From Candidatus Rokuibacteriota bacterium (GTDB lineage: Bacteria; Methylomirabilota; Methylomirabilia; Rokubacteriales; CSP1-6), in NCBI GenBank assembly GCA_016184305.1, contig JACPCX010000093.1, positions 1-11,334 of the forward strand: DNA of 11,334 nucleotides, given 5' to 3'. The notes under the pieces are model-generated. The model made no database searches and was not told the DNA's origin. It was given only the letters and a program-made list of their open reading frames with translations. The translations under genes and the position numbers were made by a program. Shown here piece after piece: positions 6,154 through 11,334 of the stretch (position 1 is its first letter; the number at the start of each line of letters is the position of its first letter).

Positions 6154-6855
6154 CTAGCGCTCGATCAGGATGCGGTCGAAGGTCTCCGCGTACGTGTAGC
6201 CCTTGAGCCGACCGAAGCGGGCGGCCCGGTCGCGCACGCGCGCCTCCACGGCGACCATGTCCTGGATCTGGCTGGCGTGGCAGGCCAGGGCCTTGAACTT
6301 CAGGTCGATGGTGTCGGAGATGTCCACGACCACCTCGGGGTTTTCCCACCACATGAGGTGGACCTCCTTCACCTTGTGCGGCTCGAGCCCCTGGGCGAGA
6401 AGCTCGGGGAAGGCCATGTGATCCCGCGCGAGCGGGTAGACGACGTCGAGGACGAGCCCTGCGGTGATGCGGTGGTCGCGGTGCGAGGCGAAGAGGTTCT
6501 TGGTGCGGTGCGGGTTCTGCGTGATGATCAGGTCCGGGCGGTTGCGGCGGATCGCGGCGGTCACGGCCATGCGCGACTGGTGCGTGTCCTCCAGCTCGCC
6601 GTCTGGAAAGCCGAGGAAGTCCACCGTCTCGACGCCGAGGACCCGCGCGGCCGCGCGCTGCTCCTCCGCGCGGATCTTCACGAGTCGGTCCGGGGTCATC
6701 GCGCGGTCGCCCGATCCCTTGCTGCCGTCCGTGACGATGCAGTAGGTGACCTGCTTGCCTTCCTTGGCGAGCCGGGCGACCGTGCCGCCGGCGCCGAACT
6801 CGGAGTCGTCCGGGTGGGCCGTGATCACCATCACACGCTGGATGCGCTCAGCCAT
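6154..6855 (-). CDS. PIG-L/LmbE family deacetylase
   Basis: Metal-binding motifs AHPDDSEFG and HRDH, plus K..AL.CHASQ. SD AAGGAG upstream. Confidence 0.93.
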   Translation of the reverse strand: MAERIQRVMVITAHPDDSEFGAGGTVARLAKEGKQVTYCIVTDGSKGSGDRAMTPDRLVKIRAEEQRAAARVLGVETVDFLGFPDGELEDTHQSRMAVTAAIRRNRPDLIITQNPHRTKNLFASHRDHRITAGLVLDVVYPLARDHMAFPELLAQGLEPHKVKEVHLMWWENPEVVVDISDTIDLKFKALACHASQIQDMVAVEARVRDRAARFGRLKGYTYAETFDRILIER

Positions 6856-6875
6856 GAGTTCTCCTTTAGCTCAGC

Positions 6876-6881
6876 TATAAT
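6876..6881 (+). promoter_or_regulatory. Putative -10 box in the divergent intergenic region
   Basis: Perfect TATAAT in a GC-rich genome, inside the 56-bp gap between divergent genes. An overlapping TTGCTT-N16-CATTAT is present on the minus strand. Confidence 0.55.
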
Positions 6882-6911
6882 GCGGGCCGTGGCGAAGAAA
6901 GCAAGCGCGGC

Positions 6912-7226
6912 ATGAGCATATCACCCCATGCGCGCCGCGAGCCGTCCTCGACGCCTTCGACCTCGATCACGCACCTCCGCGCCGCCGGCGTCATCCTCGT
7001 CCTCCTGCTCGCGGCGTTCCCGCTGCTCGCGATGCTGCCGAATGACGTGGCCGGCATCCGGGTCGCGGGGCTGTCCATTCTCTGGTGGTACGGGGGCGTG
7101 CTGGCGCCGCTGGCCGCAACGGCGGTGGCGACGCTGGCCGGCGGGCGTGGCGCCGCGGAGACCCCGTTCTCGCCCGATGCGCCGGCGGCGGGAGCGTCGA
7201 GCGCTCGGCCGCCGGATCTCTCCTGA
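6912..7226 (+). CDS. Small two-TM membrane protein, DUF485/DUF4212-like symporter companion
   Basis: Two hydrophobic segments around 'IRVAGLSILWWYG'. Its stop overlaps the start of the symporter-like gene (TGATG), the layout seen in yjcH-actP type pairs. Confidence 0.6.
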   Translation: MSISPHARREPSSTPSTSITHLRAAGVILVLLLAAFPLLAMLPNDVAGIRVAGLSILWWYGGVLAPLAATAVATLAGGRGAAETPFSPDAPAAGASSARPPDLS

Positions 7227-8710
7227 TGGGCGCGCCGGGCCTGCTGGCCGTCTGGCTCACGCCCGCGGTGTGGCTCACGCTCCCGGCGCTGATCCTCGCC
7301 GGCGGTCCCGATGGCCTCTGGGTCGGGTTCGCGGCCGTGGTGGCGCCACTCGTGGCCGTGCGTGCACGAGTGAGGCAGGCGCGGTCCGGCGACGGCGGAC
7401 CCGTCCCCCTGTTCCACGTGGCCGTGCTCTTCCTCGCGGTGGCAGGTCTCATCTGGGCGAACCTCGTCGTGGTGGGCGACCTCGTGGGTCGGCTGGGCGC
7501 CCCGCGCTGGCATGGGATTGCCATCGCGGCGGCCGGGGGGCTCGTGCTCACCGCGTGGCGAGGGGCCGAGCGGGTCGCCGTCCCCCTCCTTGTCGTGACC
7601 CTCGGCGCAGCCGTCGTGCCGCTCCTGCTGGTTGCGCTCGCCTCCGGGATCAGCCCCGTGGGCGCCTGGGGCGCCGTCGCGAGCCGCACGGGTTTTCACT
7701 TCGCGCGGCAGAGCCACTGGGTCACCGAGGGCCGGGACCTGCGTCTTGCCCATGGACATGCCGGCATCGTCTTCGACGAGGAGCATCGCATCACCGCGTC
7801 AGGGGAGGGCAACCTCCGGCTGTACAGCAAGGATGGCGGCAGCGGTGCGGAGCGCGAGTGGAAGCTCTCGCCGGGTCAGTCGATCCTCGCGCGGCCTGGC
7901 GACCGCCTGGAGCCGGCGCCGGGGATGCGCGTGCGCTTCGAGGCGGACAAGCGCGTGCCCGGCGCGCCGCCGTCGGGCATCGCCTGGGCCGCCGGGCGCC
8001 GCCTCCGGGCGGTTGATGCGCTCGGGCTCGCCGTGACGCTGATGGGCGGAGCCATCGCGCTCCTGGCCCCCGCTCTCCCCTCACGGCCATCGCGGCTCAC
8101 CGTCGGGCTGCTCGGCACCGGGCTCGTGCTCGCGCTCTTCTGGGCGCAGGGGTGGGCCATCTACGCGGCGCTGGGAGCCCCCGATGTCTTTCTCGGCGGG
8201 GTGACGGCCGAGGGGCTCTTGGACGTGCCGCGGCTTGTGCTGGGGGAGAGCGTGGGGGCGCTCAGGCTCCAGGGACTCCTGCTCGTCGGCCCGTTCGCGA
8301 GCTTCCTCGCCTCCACCATCGCGCTCAGGGGCCGGGTCGCCCGCGTGGACGCCCCGGGCGGGGGGGAGATCGGGCGCGACCTCGGGCTGTGGGCGATGGC
8401 CTTCGGGGGCGCCGGCGTCGCCAGCCTCTGGCCCCTGGACCCCTGGGCGCTCGTCCTGCTCGTCCTCGGGGCCGCAGCCTCGGCGCTGGCGCCCGCGGTC
8501 CTCCTGCCGCGCCACGGCAACCAGCCGCGCGCCGCGACGCTGGCAGGGTGTGTCGGGCTCACCGTGTTCGCCCTGCTCGCTGCGGCAGGACCGGTCCGGG
8601 GTCGCGCTCTCGACGGCCTGCTGGCCGTGGCGGCCGGCTTCCCCGCCGTCGCGGCGCTGCCGGCGGCGCTCGGCGTGCTCTGGCTCGCGGGCCGTCGAGC
8701 GCCGGAGTAG
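7226..8710 (+). CDS. Polytopic membrane protein, divergent sodium:solute symporter (ActP-like) candidate
   Basis: 494 aa from ATG 7226, with roughly 12-13 hydrophobic segments and a soluble insert of about 100 aa. The family call rests on topology and the small companion gene. Confidence 0.6.
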   Translation: MGAPGLLAVWLTPAVWLTLPALILAGGPDGLWVGFAAVVAPLVAVRARVRQARSGDGGPVPLFHVAVLFLAVAGLIWANLVVVGDLVGRLGAPRWHGIAIAAAGGLVLTAWRGAERVAVPLLVVTLGAAVVPLLLVALASGISPVGAWGAVASRTGFHFARQSHWVTEGRDLRLAHGHAGIVFDEEHRITASGEGNLRLYSKDGGSGAEREWKLSPGQSILARPGDRLEPAPGMRVRFEADKRVPGAPPSGIAWAAGRRLRAVDALGLAVTLMGGAIALLAPALPSRPSRLTVGLLGTGLVLALFWAQGWAIYAALGAPDVFLGGVTAEGLLDVPRLVLGESVGALRLQGLLLVGPFASFLASTIALRGRVARVDAPGGGEIGRDLGLWAMAFGGAGVASLWPLDPWALVLLVLGAAASALAPAVLLPRHGNQPRAATLAGCVGLTVFALLAAAGPVRGRALDGLLAVAAGFPAVAALPAALGVLWLAGRRAPE

Positions 8711-8722
8711 AATGAGGCCTCG

Positions 8723-11334
<2,612 letters not shown>

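Noticed and set aside
8640..8722. LexA/SOS box upstream of uvrA
   Set aside because: No CTGT-N8-ACAG or GAAC-N4-GTTC match was seen. A lineage-specific box cannot be judged from this window.

Overview
High-GC bacterial chromosomal window in two parts. Bases 1-3110 are the distal end of an integron gene-cassette array: six attC sites (136-205, 572-673, 1130-1210, 1853-1912, 2439-2510, 2981-3110), all in the same orientation, separate six cassettes. The cassettes carry a BrnT-partner-type antitoxin (3' end only), a hypothetical protein, hicAB, a pseudogenised brnT with an intact CopG-like antitoxin, a second hypothetical protein and a lower-GC 4-TM membrane protein. No intI or attI lies in the window; from the orientation they would be to the left. 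Two attC sites have lost a conserved core triplet, and three are crossed by mini-ORFs coupled to the upstream stop codon. About 450 bp of gene debris follows, including a PIN-toxin remnant. The rest looks like core genome: a minus-strand cluster (PIG-L deacetylase, FAAL-like adenylating enzyme, LLM/F420-type oxidoreductase), a divergent small membrane protein plus sodium:solute-symporter-like gene pair, and uvrA running off the right edge. All family calls are by eye from motifs; no database search was run.
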